From assembly GCA_937625935.1 (NCBI GenBank), contig OW569372.1, positions 414,754 to 478,753 of the forward strand: DNA of 64,000 nucleotides, written 5' to 3'. Of the stretch, positions 1 to 10,819 are shown in pieces (the first letter of the stretch is position 1; each line of letters starts with the position of its first letter). The notes beneath the pieces are model-generated. The model saw nothing but the letters and a program-made list of their open reading frames with translations. It was not told the DNA's origin and did not search any database. The DNA comes from Tetramitus jugosus (lineage: Eukaryota; Protista; Heterolobosea). A program made the translations under genes and the position numbers.

Positions 1-19
1 ACAGGAATTTGGATCAGGG

Positions 20-1252
20 ATGAGAGATGATGTTCCTCTTAGGTTTTCATCTCGGGTTATCAAGACCAAAAATACGGCGAGTTTCGAGGACAAGAGTGAA
101 AAAGATAGATTTGGAAAAGGACAGTATTTAGCTGAACCAAATAACATAAGATCATCCTCTCCTTCCTGTGGTTATTCTACGAACCTAAATTCTCAGAGTT
201 TTGTTGACAATTACATCGAGTTAAATCAAGCACTTACTAGAGCCTGTTCTGCTTCGGAGCGCATTTTGCAAGAACTCAAACATAATCAAGTTAATTCTGG
301 TAGGTCTGACATTCCCAGATCAAGAAGATCAAGTGTTGTCGAAAAAGTGGACCAACCTCTCCAAGAGAAAGAAAATAACATTTCTTTGTCATCCAGACCT
401 AGAAGCAACTCTCAAACAGAACCAGAGTTTTTAGAGAGTTACTCTCCCAAACCAACCTCGCTCACAACCCCTAGAGTGTCTAAAAGCCAGACAGGACCCA
501 CAACAAAACCATTCGATGTTCTGAAGAGTGACACACAAGAGGAAAATTTTAGGCCCAACTTGTCTCATATTCATCCATGTATTGTATCAAACCAATTCGA
601 TAGCAGTCGAAATCTTTCTGTAGCGGAGGAGATGCACCCCTCAAGAATATATGGTCTCTCGGATCGAGATCAGCTCTGTAACATCTTAAGAAAAGCCGAT
701 CAAGCATTTAAACGATCTCGAACTCGGGTAGTTGATCCGTCAGATCTGAATGAAACATCGAAGTACTTAGAGAAAATGGAAGACCGAATGAAAAAAATTC
801 ATGGATATTTCAGCTCCATACAACAGTTAAATGAACTTCCTTTGAAATCCCTTTCGAGGGACGACAGGGTTGTCGATAAGATAACATCGAATTCAATCGA
901 TAGAACGAATAATGGAAGGTTCTTGGGCAATTTTGCCTATCCTTCTTCAATGGATGCTTACAAAAGAAACACCCCTTGTCCACCAAAACCATTGAAGAAA
1001 ACCGAGTTAAAACCAAAAGGATCGGATGAATTAACAAGTGAATGTTATCGGAAGTTTATAGAGTCAACTAGGGTTCAGAAGCAGAAGAGATCTGATTCTA
1101 CAACACAGGAACAAGTAATCAAAACTCCTGTCGAGATCCTGAACCAAAGAATAACGAATGAAGATGAAAAGAGTCAGAACGTTGTCACACTCAATGAAAA
1201 TGACAAGAGAGCTGTTCTTAACTTCATTCGTTCCAAAAGGAAAACAGATTAA
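20..1252 (+). CDS. Hypothetical Ser-rich, largely disordered protein (may extend 5' of the window)
   Basis: 410-aa ORF with no recognisable domain. Confidence 0.6.
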   Translation: MRDDVPLRFSSRVIKTKNTASFEDKSEKDRFGKGQYLAEPNNIRSSSPSCGYSTNLNSQSFVDNYIELNQALTRACSASERILQELKHNQVNSGRSDIPRSRRSSVVEKVDQPLQEKENNISLSSRPRSNSQTEPEFLESYSPKPTSLTTPRVSKSQTGPTTKPFDVLKSDTQEENFRPNLSHIHPCIVSNQFDSSRNLSVAEEMHPSRIYGLSDRDQLCNILRKADQAFKRSRTRVVDPSDLNETSKYLEKMEDRMKKIHGYFSSIQQLNELPLKSLSRDDRVVDKITSNSIDRTNNGRFLGNFAYPSSMDAYKRNTPCPPKPLKKTELKPKGSDELTSECYRKFIESTRVQKQKRSDSTTQEQVIKTPVEILNQRITNEDEKSQNVVTLNENDKRAVLNFIRSKRKTD

Positions 1253-1333
1253 AACTTTGAAGCAGTAACATCGCCAAAACACACTTGACCGAAAAAGGTT
1301 TCTCATGTCGGAGTAGTACTGTACTACAACCCG

Positions 1334-3097
1334 ATGAAAAGAAATAAATCAGAACTCAATGCACAACCTAGTGTTAGGAGTTCTTCGATGATCTACACTC
1401 TGAGAAGAATGGACGGAACTGGTCAAAATCCTCCCCAAGTGATCCAAAAAACAATTGTCAGAAGTTACTCAACCAGAACTCACTCGTCTAGTATCAAAGT
1501 AGCGACTCGGGTGATGAAGGTGCATGAGGTGGGGAATTATAATCTGTCTGAACGAAGAGAACAACTTCAAAGAGACAAGGAGGAAGAACCCAGCGACTCA
1601 CAGGGAAGTCTAGGTACTAAGAAGAATAGAGAACCAGAGAAATTGACAAGGAGGTTGCTATCATCCAACAAAACTGTACATTCTCCTCGATGGTTGAAGA
1701 ATACACTATCAGAAAGTTCATTAAGTCTTTCTAGCCAGAGGAGACCATCATCAGCTCTTCCTTATGGTAGAGGTACACATGGATTTGAACAACGACCACA
1801 ATCTGCTCCTTCGGGGATGGCTAACCAACCATGGGTGGGGATTCGGGATATGACTCCCCTTCAGAAGAATAGGTACTTAATAGCACTCGAGAAAGAAAAT
1901 TCTTCTAAGACAACAATTGAGATGGAAGAAAAACCGAGACACAAAGAAAAGAAGCAGATCATTCGAGAGAGATATTCTCCAGAATCCCATTATGTGCTCT
2001 ATGATGAGGAGAATATTCCGATGGCATCTAACTGGGAGAATCCGAATAAGTTTTTATTTTCTGACATGCCAGACCGTGCAAAACTAACATCTATGGAACA
2101 GATAGAGTATGATACTCTAGCAGCGACGAACTTATTGCGGACTAGACCGGGTGCCTTTGCTCAAATGTTGGGAATGCTGAAGGAGTTTTACTCCTCTGAT
2201 GGAACAGAGTTTCGAGCACCTGGACTCAACTCGCTTGTCAAGCCGGGTGGATTAGCGGATCTTGAGGATTGTATAGAATATTTGAAGAATCAAACACCAG
2301 TCCCACCATTAGTTTACTCAAAAGCTCTATCTCTAGCCTGTCGAGATTTTGCAGAGGATTCGGACAAAAATGGATTGAGGGGTAACAATGGTCTAAACCA
2401 ATCTGTTTTTTCTAGATGCGAGAAGTATGGGAAGCCTGCTAGTGGGGATGGTGGGGAAAACATAACCTATGGAGAAAACACTGGGATAGGAACTGTCATT
2501 GACCTAGTGCTCCAAGGAAATCACCGCACAGAATTATTCGTGAACCAGTACAAAATGATGGGAATAGGTTGTGTGCAACATTCAAACTCCAAGAATATCT
2601 GTGTTTGTGCTTTTGCATCTTCTTTCATTGATCGAGTAAAAAGGAGTGATGAGAAAAGAAGCAAAATTCCAAAGGGAATTTCTCCTCAGTATACTGGACC
2701 CTTAGTACCTCCGATCATATCTTCAAGCAACTGGTCGAAAGTAAATCTATTGGCTTTTGAAACTATCATCGCTTCGTTGGGCTCGAGGAAGAAAGAACTT
2801 AAGACCAAGAAAGTCAAGGGCCCTACGATGTTGAGAAAAACTGCGATCAGTGCAGTTCATCCTCTGACTGGTAAACTTGAGGCAGGGCCACGAGTGGACT
2901 TTGTATTCCAATTGTCTGGCGAATGTTCAGTAGAGAGGTACATTTTGTTCAACAATGGAAAGCCGTATCCCTTCCGACTTCAGCTTCCGAAATACTTAAC
3001 TCTAACTCTCAAGAGTCTAGAACGACCAAGTGTAACTATATCTGAACAAGTAGATTCAACACAATTGATTCCCGTACTCGAGTATCAAGTAGAATAA
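1334..3097 (+). CDS. CAP/SCP domain-containing protein with a long disordered N-terminus
   Basis: NLLRTRP...PLVYSKALSLACRDFAED...GENITYG...GNHR...MGIG matches the CAP superfamily pattern. Confidence 0.7.
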   Translation: MKRNKSELNAQPSVRSSSMIYTLRRMDGTGQNPPQVIQKTIVRSYSTRTHSSSIKVATRVMKVHEVGNYNLSERREQLQRDKEEEPSDSQGSLGTKKNREPEKLTRRLLSSNKTVHSPRWLKNTLSESSLSLSSQRRPSSALPYGRGTHGFEQRPQSAPSGMANQPWVGIRDMTPLQKNRYLIALEKENSSKTTIEMEEKPRHKEKKQIIRERYSPESHYVLYDEENIPMASNWENPNKFLFSDMPDRAKLTSMEQIEYDTLAATNLLRTRPGAFAQMLGMLKEFYSSDGTEFRAPGLNSLVKPGGLADLEDCIEYLKNQTPVPPLVYSKALSLACRDFAEDSDKNGLRGNNGLNQSVFSRCEKYGKPASGDGGENITYGENTGIGTVIDLVLQGNHRTELFVNQYKMMGIGCVQHSNSKNICVCAFASSFIDRVKRSDEKRSKIPKGISPQYTGPLVPPIISSSNWSKVNLLAFETIIASLGSRKKELKTKKVKGPTMLRKTAISAVHPLTGKLEAGPRVDFVFQLSGECSVERYILFNNGKPYPFRLQLPKYLTLTLKSLERPSVTISEQVDSTQLIPVLEYQVE

Positions 3098-3197
3098 ACC
3101 GTTACTGCTAAAGCAAACCGTTTTGGGCGCCAAGTGTTCGGCCAATTACTTACAGGCCACCCATGGGGATAATCTCAAAAAACAACTGACGAGAGAA

Positions 3198-5365
3198 ATG
3201 GATGATTTGTTGAGCTCTAGGATCTCAAGGTCTCATATTACTAGACCAATATATCCGAGAAGGACTCCCATCATCCCAATTACACTTAGTCAGCACCAAA
3301 ATGGCTTAACTGCGGAAAACTACCCCATGGCATCCGTTTTTGATTCCTCTGCATCTCCTACATCTCCACAGAATCCAGAACTTGGCATCCAGAACAAAAG
3401 CATGAACAGTTCAGCCGATTCTCCTACTATTCTTCAATTCAATAATCACATTGACGAAATCTTCAAGTGTTTTATTTGTTTGGGTAAGGCAGAGAATCCT
3501 CACTTGTGTCCTTACTGCTCTAAAATGGTGTGCTATGATTGCATAAAGGTATGGTCAAAATCTCGAATGATCAACAGAAGGTGGCTGTTCATATTAACTT
3601 TCTATTATAGAGGTGGCTCATGGATCAGAAGAAATCATTTTGTCCCCACTGTCGTGCAAATGTTAGAGTATCCCAGTTAGTCAACTGTAGATTTGTTGCA
3701 GAAATCTCCCAAGAAATTGACAAGCTCACAAACCAACGCAAACATAAGAAAGAAGCTGATAAAAAGTTATCAATAGTGGATTCGTGTCTAGTTCACTCTT
3801 TAGCATTGGGATACTACTGTGAGACTTGTAAGGAAGCTATATGCAGCGATTGTGCAATGTTCGATGAACAACACAAGAACCATTCTTTCAAGAAAATTAC
3901 CGAAGTGTATCAACAACACTTGCAAGTAGTGAAGGCTGATTGTGAATTACTGGGAGCTAGGTTAACTCTCCTTCGAAAATATCTTAGAGAGATAGATTCA
4001 AACATTCATTCCTTGAACAAATCAAAGAACGACAAAGCGAAAGAGATGGACAAGGTGGTGAGGGAGATGAAAGATAGACTTGACTCTCAACTCAAAGACA
4101 AGATTAACTCCTCTCAATCTCTCAGAAGTTCAATATCTGATGAAGTGGATTTGTTAGATAAGATGCACTCTGAGCTTCAGAGACAGATTGGACAAAGTTC
4201 TCAGAGTATGTTGATTGCAAAAACTGACGAGATTAGAAGAATGATTAAGGAGGTGAACGAACAAGAGCCCATTCCTTATTCGACGCTTCAACTACAAGCA
4301 GATTTTTCTTCTGAACTAGTCCCAGATTATGATGAAGGAATTTTCGAAGTGAAGAACTTTTCTTGTTTGGGACTTTCTGATATCGTCTATTCAGATCCTC
4401 TCTACGTGAATGGGTTAACATGGAGACTAAAAGTTTATCCCTGCGGAACAGGAATGGCTCAAGGAACATTCATCTCGGTTTTCTTGGAGATGGTTAAGGG
4501 ATTGAGAAATCCAACTAGATATGAGTATAAGGTCGAAATGATCAACTTTATTGATCCCAAACGGAGTATCCTCAGAGAATTTTCTTCGGTGTTCGAAACT
4601 GGTGAATGTTGGGGTTACAATCGATTTTGTAAGAATGAACAGATAAGGAGTGAAGGATTTGTATGTCCCGTGAATGACACTGTCAAATTTAAGTTCTTTG
4701 TTCGTCCACCGAGTTACTATCAGAGATGTTTAGAGCAGAAAAGATACATTCGAAACTTGAAGGATTCACGTCATAAACTCCAAGAGTTAGTTGAGGATTT
4801 AAGGATAAAGCTGGAGGAAGCTGTATCCAAAGAGTCCACCAGAGAAGACGAAACTCGACAACATTCAATAACAACAAGCTACTCCAATAGTGATGAGGAT
4901 GAAGGAGACGTATTTCAAAACTCTGAGGGGAACTCTGACTGTGAGGAAACAAGTGAAGTGAACACTCGAGAGCAATTCTCAGAAGACAGCCCGACTAGGG
5001 GGCAAGCACTACAGAACAGAATAATGAAATTCGAGAGATCCACATTAAGAAATACTGATGTGGCATGCTCCCCCATCGAAAAAACTTCTGACATTGATCA
5101 ATCATTACTGGATGTCCCACAAACGTGGTTAGCCAAGCTGGAACAGGAAAAGAAATTCGATGGACAAATCTTCTTGACGGACGCAACAGGTGAGAGCAGC
5201 GAACACTTTGTATTTGGATTAGATAACAATCAAAATCAAACTGACTACATTGTTCCTATTCGATCGCTATTCTCAGATGCCTCTGAGGAATCGAATGACC
5301 AGTGGACAAGTGCTGTTGATTCAACTCAAACTCATTTTGAAGTCGAACTACAGACCATCGAATAG
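3198..5365 (+). CDS. TRIM37: TRIM37-like E3 ubiquitin ligase (RING-B-box-coiled coil-MATH); intron 3549-3610
   Basis: Splicing the GT..AG intron 3549-3610 restores the RING CFICLGK..CPYCSK..CYDCIK|RWL..CPHCR. B-box CLVH..YYCETC..ICSDC..H..H. MATH domain WRLKVYPCG..ISVFLE..CWGYNRF. Confidence 0.9.
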
Positions 5366-5368
5366 ATT

Positions 5369-8284
5369 CTATTCTTCTGCTTCATTTTCATCACTTTCTT
5401 CATCACTGATCAGAATCGCATTTCCGTCTTGAGATGAAGACACTGGTATTTGAGTGGTGTTGGTTGTCGTTTTCTTCACCCACGTGTTGATTCCAGACAC
5501 TCCCTTCAGTATCTTGGTAGCAATAAGCTCGTCATCAGCCTTGTTTGACAACAATCGCAATACTTCCTCTAAGTGTGCCATAGTTTGACCTCTTTTGGAA
5601 TTGCTAGACAAAGCTGATGCAATCCGTTTCTGAAGAGTATCTATCTTGTTTTGAACAGTTGCAAGCTGTTTGTTGGAAGCACTGTACCGACGCGAGAGAG
5701 AATCTTTGAACGTACTCAAATCAACGTGATCGTCCGGTGTATCGATAGGAGTAGGAGTAGGCTTTGATGTCGTACTGAGAGCTTCTCTTCCTTCAAGAGT
5801 GAAAATTTTGTGAATAAATCGATCACCAACATCACACTCCGTGCCATTATTGAACACCGTCAATCCTCCATCAATAAATAACAGACCAACAATAATGAAT
5901 AAGAGATGCTTCTTGTTCTGCACAGCGACACCCAACTGATGAGGGAAGAGCTTCGCATGACTCAGCTTCTTCATGATTTCCTCTCTCTGAATCGTCAATG
6001 AGCCAATTATGAGAGAAACGGTAGGTCTGCAAAAGACGTGTAATGCCAGCACTAATTTTACAATCGCACGCCCAACTCGATAAACGTTGTTGCGGTCCAT
6101 AGATACTTCAGATCGATATAAGCAGCGAGACACTATGGACTTGCTCTTGAACTGGTAATTCAGAAATTGTTGTAACATTAAAATTTTCTTATCATCTTGT
6201 GTTACACTGGGACCACTTGTTCTAATCTTTCGAACTGATTCTTTGAATATGACCTTCTCACAAAAGTCAAGTACACTATTCAAATCACCTTTTCGATCAA
6301 TAAAAATGGCACCTGTCAGTGCCTCGACTGCATCGGCAATATGCTTTTGGGTAATAGTGATAGCACTCATCATATATGATTCCAAGCCGATCGCCTTACC
6401 TAGAGTGGCCAAGTTGTTGTTTGTCACTAACTTTGACATTCGCTTTTCGGTATCCTGGTAATCTTTGCTATAAAAGTAGATGGCATTTGCCACATCAAGC
6501 ACTGAGTCTCCCAGGAATTCTAAACGCTCATTACCAATGAACCTGTTGCCATGAAACAACGCAAATGAGTCGTGCATCAAACATTGCCGCAACAAAAATG
6601 GATTCTCAAATTGAATTTGTAACTTTTGTTCGAGCGTTTGCAATGACTTCAAGTGTCGAACAATGGATTCATTAAACTCCTGTATAAAGTTGCGTCGCTC
6701 CATAATCTTCATCACTCCCGATGCAAAAGGAGTACAATACAGTTGATCACACGGTATCATTACAATTCCATCATTGTGGATCTTCTCCAATCCTTTTCTT
6801 CTCGTCTTTTCTCCTGCCAATATGGCTCTCAAATAAGTGGCCAAATAATCTTTGTTGGAATGCCTCAGAGTTGAAACAGAGGAAATATATTTGACCTCAG
6901 AACAACCAGCGAGCCAGTTTGTCTTAGATGACAAGAACAAATCAAGAAATTCAACAAGATAGAGTTTGTTTGTCTTTTTGTGAACAAACACACAATCTTC
7001 AAACATGAGAGACAGCGTTGTGTAGTCACTTGACACCACCTTTTTCTCAAGCATGTAAGAAGACAGGGATGACAATGAAATCTTTGATGTATTCAACTGA
7101 TCCTGAACAAACGTACTCAACGTATCCGTACAAGTCATATCGTGATCTCTGCGATTCACTGACATCATACTCTTCATGCACTGAAACAATTGATCAAATG
7201 AAAAATTGCCTCCGTCCTGTTCGCGTGCCACTTGTTGAGTTTCCTCTGTCAATTTACTCGACAACAACGATGCATCTCTCATTGGAAACAGCAAAAATCG
7301 ACCAGAAATATCCTGGTTGACCACCGAGTTACTAATCATGGCATACTCTCTTCTGCTGCTGCTACCACTCTTGTGGTTGCTGCCATGATTGTCACTTGAT
7401 GCAGCAGAAGAAGAAGAAGAAGTATTATTATTGACTGCCAACAACTCTGATTCATACCAATTCATCAAGCATCGTATATCACTCTCATTCATATCGACCT
7501 TGAACAAGAAAACAGGAGAAACAAATGTACCTCTCTGTTGCAAATCTGTTCGTTCCATCAAATCATGCACATGAAATGGACAGAATGGAAACGGTCTCTG
7601 CAAATCATAAAAACTGAACAAGAGAACTGAATTGAAATAATTGTTCTTGTGATTGGCAAGTGCATTCGTCTGGTGCATGATGCACTTTAGTTCATACACA
7701 TACATTTCATCTTGTATGATCACTACGCTATCAGTACGAGTGTGACTACTATGATTATCATTTCTATTGCTATGATTATTATTATTACTAGCAGCAGTTG
7801 TAGTTGCTGTAGTAGTAGTCGCAGAAGAACTAGTTGTTGACGTGCTAGTGGCAGTAGGAGTAGCTGTGGCAGTAAGAGGTGGAGGAGTACTTGATGAAGG
7901 TGGTGGTGTGGTGATCGTAGTAGTAGTCGCAGCACTTGTGTTTCTATTCTTGTTGTTAATGTTATTGTGTTGTTGTTGTTGTTGCAAGTTTCTGAAGAGT
8001 GAACCTGTGGGGAAGCGATTGTTGCTGGAATAACGAATAAAATTCAACAAATTTTGGTCTTCTGCGCAGTGATCATTACTATTGTTATTGTTGCTGTTGT
8101 TATCGCTCGAAGGAGCCTTTTGATTGTTGTTATTGTTGTTATTGTTGGTGTCATGCGAAAGCTTTTGTCTCTTGGAGGATTGTTGTTGCTGTTCTTGGTC
8201 TTGTTGGTGTTGGTGTTGTTGGAGAGCTACATTGGTGTTTGATGACAACACTTCTTGCTCCTCCTGAGCTCGTTTCCTTCTCAT
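5369..8284 (-). CDS. Dicer-like RNase III protein: low-complexity N-terminus, putative platform/PAZ region, intact RNase IIIa, degenerate RNase IIIb
   Basis: Signature NERLEFLGDSVL plus ADAVEALTGAIFID. The second repeat (LQQFLNYQFK...RNNVYRVGRAIVKL...IIVGLLFIDGG) lacks the acidic catalytic residues. Confidence 0.85.
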   Translation of the reverse strand: MRRKRAQEEQEVLSSNTNVALQQHQHQQDQEQQQQSSKRQKLSHDTNNNNNNNNQKAPSSDNNSNNNNSNDHCAEDQNLLNFIRYSSNNRFPTGSLFRNLQQQQQHNNINNKNRNTSAATTTTITTPPPSSSTPPPLTATATPTATSTSTTSSSATTTTATTTAASNNNNHSNRNDNHSSHTRTDSVVIIQDEMYVYELKCIMHQTNALANHKNNYFNSVLLFSFYDLQRPFPFCPFHVHDLMERTDLQQRGTFVSPVFLFKVDMNESDIRCLMNWYESELLAVNNNTSSSSSAASSDNHGSNHKSGSSSRREYAMISNSVVNQDISGRFLLFPMRDASLLSSKLTEETQQVAREQDGGNFSFDQLFQCMKSMMSVNRRDHDMTCTDTLSTFVQDQLNTSKISLSSLSSYMLEKKVVSSDYTTLSLMFEDCVFVHKKTNKLYLVEFLDLFLSSKTNWLAGCSEVKYISSVSTLRHSNKDYLATYLRAILAGEKTRRKGLEKIHNDGIVMIPCDQLYCTPFASGVMKIMERRNFIQEFNESIVRHLKSLQTLEQKLQIQFENPFLLRQCLMHDSFALFHGNRFIGNERLEFLGDSVLDVANAIYFYSKDYQDTEKRMSKLVTNNNLATLGKAIGLESYMMSAITITQKHIADAVEALTGAIFIDRKGDLNSVLDFCEKVIFKESVRKIRTSGPSVTQDDKKILMLQQFLNYQFKSKSIVSRCLYRSEVSMDRNNVYRVGRAIVKLVLALHVFCRPTVSLIIGSLTIQREEIMKKLSHAKLFPHQLGVAVQNKKHLLFIIVGLLFIDGGLTVFNNGTECDVGDRFIHKIFTLEGREALSTTSKPTPTPIDTPDDHVDLSTFKDSLSRRYSASNKQLATVQNKIDTLQKRIASALSSNSKRGQTMAHLEEVLRLLSNKADDELIATKILKGVSGINTWVKKTTTNTTQIPVSSSQDGNAILISDEESDENEAEE

Positions 8285-8358
8285 TTTTGTGTGAAAGCTT
8301 TTGGTGATTTAGAAAAAAGTCGAACACAGGGAGAAAATCGGTAAACAAGAAAAAAAAC

Positions 8359-9039
8359 ATGTTGAAACTTCAATCAATCAAGCACAACAAGATTGTGCGG
8401 ACATGCTTGGCACTTGGACACAGTAGCACTCATCGAGTACTACCATCGACTTCTATAATGTTGCGATCCATGTCACTCATGGCCAAGAACCAGAACACAT
8501 CCAACTTTACACAGGAACAAAAACAAAGAATTCTCGAGGATTCCAAGCGTGCTCTTGATCGCGAAAAGAAACGATTTGAGCGGGAAACGGGGAAACCGTA
8601 CGACACTACGGCCGCAGCGGGTGAGAACAATTCGAACCAGAACAACAAGCGAAAGTTTTCAAAGGGAACTTTGCTTGCGATAGCTCTCTTGTTCCTATCT
8701 ATCGCATGTATTTCATATCTGGCTGACTTGAGACAAGACTCCAACGAGTTAGCTCAAACAGAGGAACAACAAAAGCAACAAAGGAAAAGAATGATGTCTC
8801 AACAGGAACAAGAACAAAAGCACTCAAACGATGTAGCTCAATCACTGCAGCACAAGCTCTTGTCGACAGTGGACAAGATTAGTGAACGGAGAGAAATGGA
8901 AAAGCAACAGGAGAAGCCACCTGTCCAAACATTGGATGAATATAGAAATTCGTTTGCCGGCAGAATGTTTGAACATGTTGAATCATTCAAGGAGAAGATT
9001 ACTGGACTAAGTATTGGGGACAAGAAGAAGGAGGAATAA
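8359..9039 (+). CDS. Hypothetical single-pass membrane protein, possibly mitochondrial
   Basis: Basic, acid-free N-terminal presequence-like segment; one hydrophobic helix (LLAIALLFLSIACISYL); coiled coil. Confidence 0.65.
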   Translation: MLKLQSIKHNKIVRTCLALGHSSTHRVLPSTSIMLRSMSLMAKNQNTSNFTQEQKQRILEDSKRALDREKKRFERETGKPYDTTAAAGENNSNQNNKRKFSKGTLLAIALLFLSIACISYLADLRQDSNELAQTEEQQKQQRKRMMSQQEQEQKHSNDVAQSLQHKLLSTVDKISERREMEKQQEKPPVQTLDEYRNSFAGRMFEHVESFKEKITGLSIGDKKKEE

Positions 9040-9491
9040 ACCATGCGTCCTCGCGGGGAATTCCTATGATTGTTTGTCAACACTAATTACTTTCATTGCT
9101 CTCTAGTGTGGAAACTTCAACTTGCTAGCTTTTGAAGAGACCGAACTGGTGCTTTTTCTTTCACCTAGCTCTCATTCTTATCGCTTCTCAGTTTCTATGC
9201 TAGTTTGTGATGTTCGGGTTGACTTGGTCTTCGTCTTCATCCCAGACATGTTGTTCGTACAATGTAATCCCTATTTCTTCCTCGTTCACTTTTGTGCTAT
9301 CCTCTTCAGGTTCCAGTAATTGAATCTTGCAATAAGATATCGATCGGTTTTCATGACAAAAAACAAATTTGTTCCGAGACACAAGCGAGTTCCAAGACCA
9401 TGTAGATGTGGTAGAGGTTCATGAACATCACAAGTATAGCATAGACAAAACCTTACACAAACGCCGAGTGTATCCAATGCAGGAGAAGTAT

Positions 9492-10477
9492 TCAACTCAA
9501 CATACATCTAGATTTTCTATTTACTCGTTGCATTAACAAGTCTTGTCCGTCTTTAATCGCCACTCGCGGCTGACATGAGTAAAAACGTCTCAGTATCATG
9601 TCAGTCATGACCGTAGCGTTATCAGGTGTCAACTCAAGGTACTCCAAAGGTAAAATATCGAACACGTGGGCACAATCCTGGAGGAACCTTGATTTAGAAA
9701 TAGGTGCAGCTTCGCACCAGACACCAACTCCAACAATCAACACACCCTTACATAATTCAAGATTTAACTTTGGGATACTCTCCAGGAGTGCAACCAACGC
9801 TCTAGACAAAGAATTGGAACTGTACGAATTAGTAATGGGATAGCTGTCTTCATTCCATGCATGCCTCGTGTCTACTGTGATCACTAAGCATTGAACTTCA
9901 CGATAGTAAGATCTTGGAATCACATGATTCGTTACCCGACCGACAATCCACATTAGAATTACCAAGTTCGGAATCCTCTTTGGTTCTCTGGAGGCCAGAC
10001 TTAAGAGCCTATAATGAATACCCACATGCATGCATGGTTCACCATCTGGAGGTATATCAAGTTGTCTTTTGCCCAACGCGTGGATCACTGATAGATTCAG
10101 TTGACTGTCGCACACACCAAACATTACTCTTGGCTTTAAACAAGCGCCTCCTCGAATAGGGATTCGACTGGATCGAATGGAAATCGAGGAAACCGTCTGA
10201 AGTTCCATTCGTAATCTCTCATCGCATCACAACAACCATTTTGACCATGGTCTGCACGTGATGTTGTGGTTTGTAGTAATTTAGGTCGGCTCGTGAATCC
10301 TCCTTGGATAATGCAGGCCCAATCTCTCTTCAGGAGCGCTGTCCACAAGTGTTGATTGCATCTGACCTTGTCATAGGCAATGGAATGAGTCTGGGAGTAG
10401 TGACACACATCAGGCACTGGAAGGAAGAGCAAAATCTGAAATTGTTCATCCCAGCTGAGACAATGATCTATTGGCAT
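9492..10477 (-). pseudogene. F-box plus degenerate Ras/Rab-like domain, interrupted by a frameshift near 10140-10200
   Basis: F-box-like LSWDEQFQILLFLPVPDV...LWTALLKRDW in one frame. Rab-like LMWIVG...RSYYREVQCLVITVD...GVLIVG...LEYLELT in the overlapping frame. Confidence 0.45.
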
Positions 10478-10819
10478 GACTTCTTTGTCTAACAATCTTG
10501 GGTTTTGTTTGCTTGTTTCGAAAGCCAGCAGAGGCTCAAAAAATGCCCCACGTACGTCAAAAATCCTCAAACCATCTTGCAATCCCGAGCACAAGAGCGG
10601 ATGAGCACGATTCCAAGTCTGTCATCTTCAATTCCACTGAATTGCAAACCTGACATTCAACAATTTTTAAGTAATGCTTCTCACCGTAGCTTCTTGGCGT
10701 GTTTCTTATTTTTAGCATTGCACCGCTTCAGTTTTGGGCGATCAAAAAAAGAAAACACAAAACAACAACAACACGTTTTACAGCAACAACAACAAAAAGC
10801 AAAGAATCATATCAACATC

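Noticed and set aside
7770-8220. CAA/AAT/AGT trinucleotide runs here and at ~44500-44720 and ~47400-47730
   Set aside because: They encode ordinary poly-Q/N/T/S low-complexity protein regions
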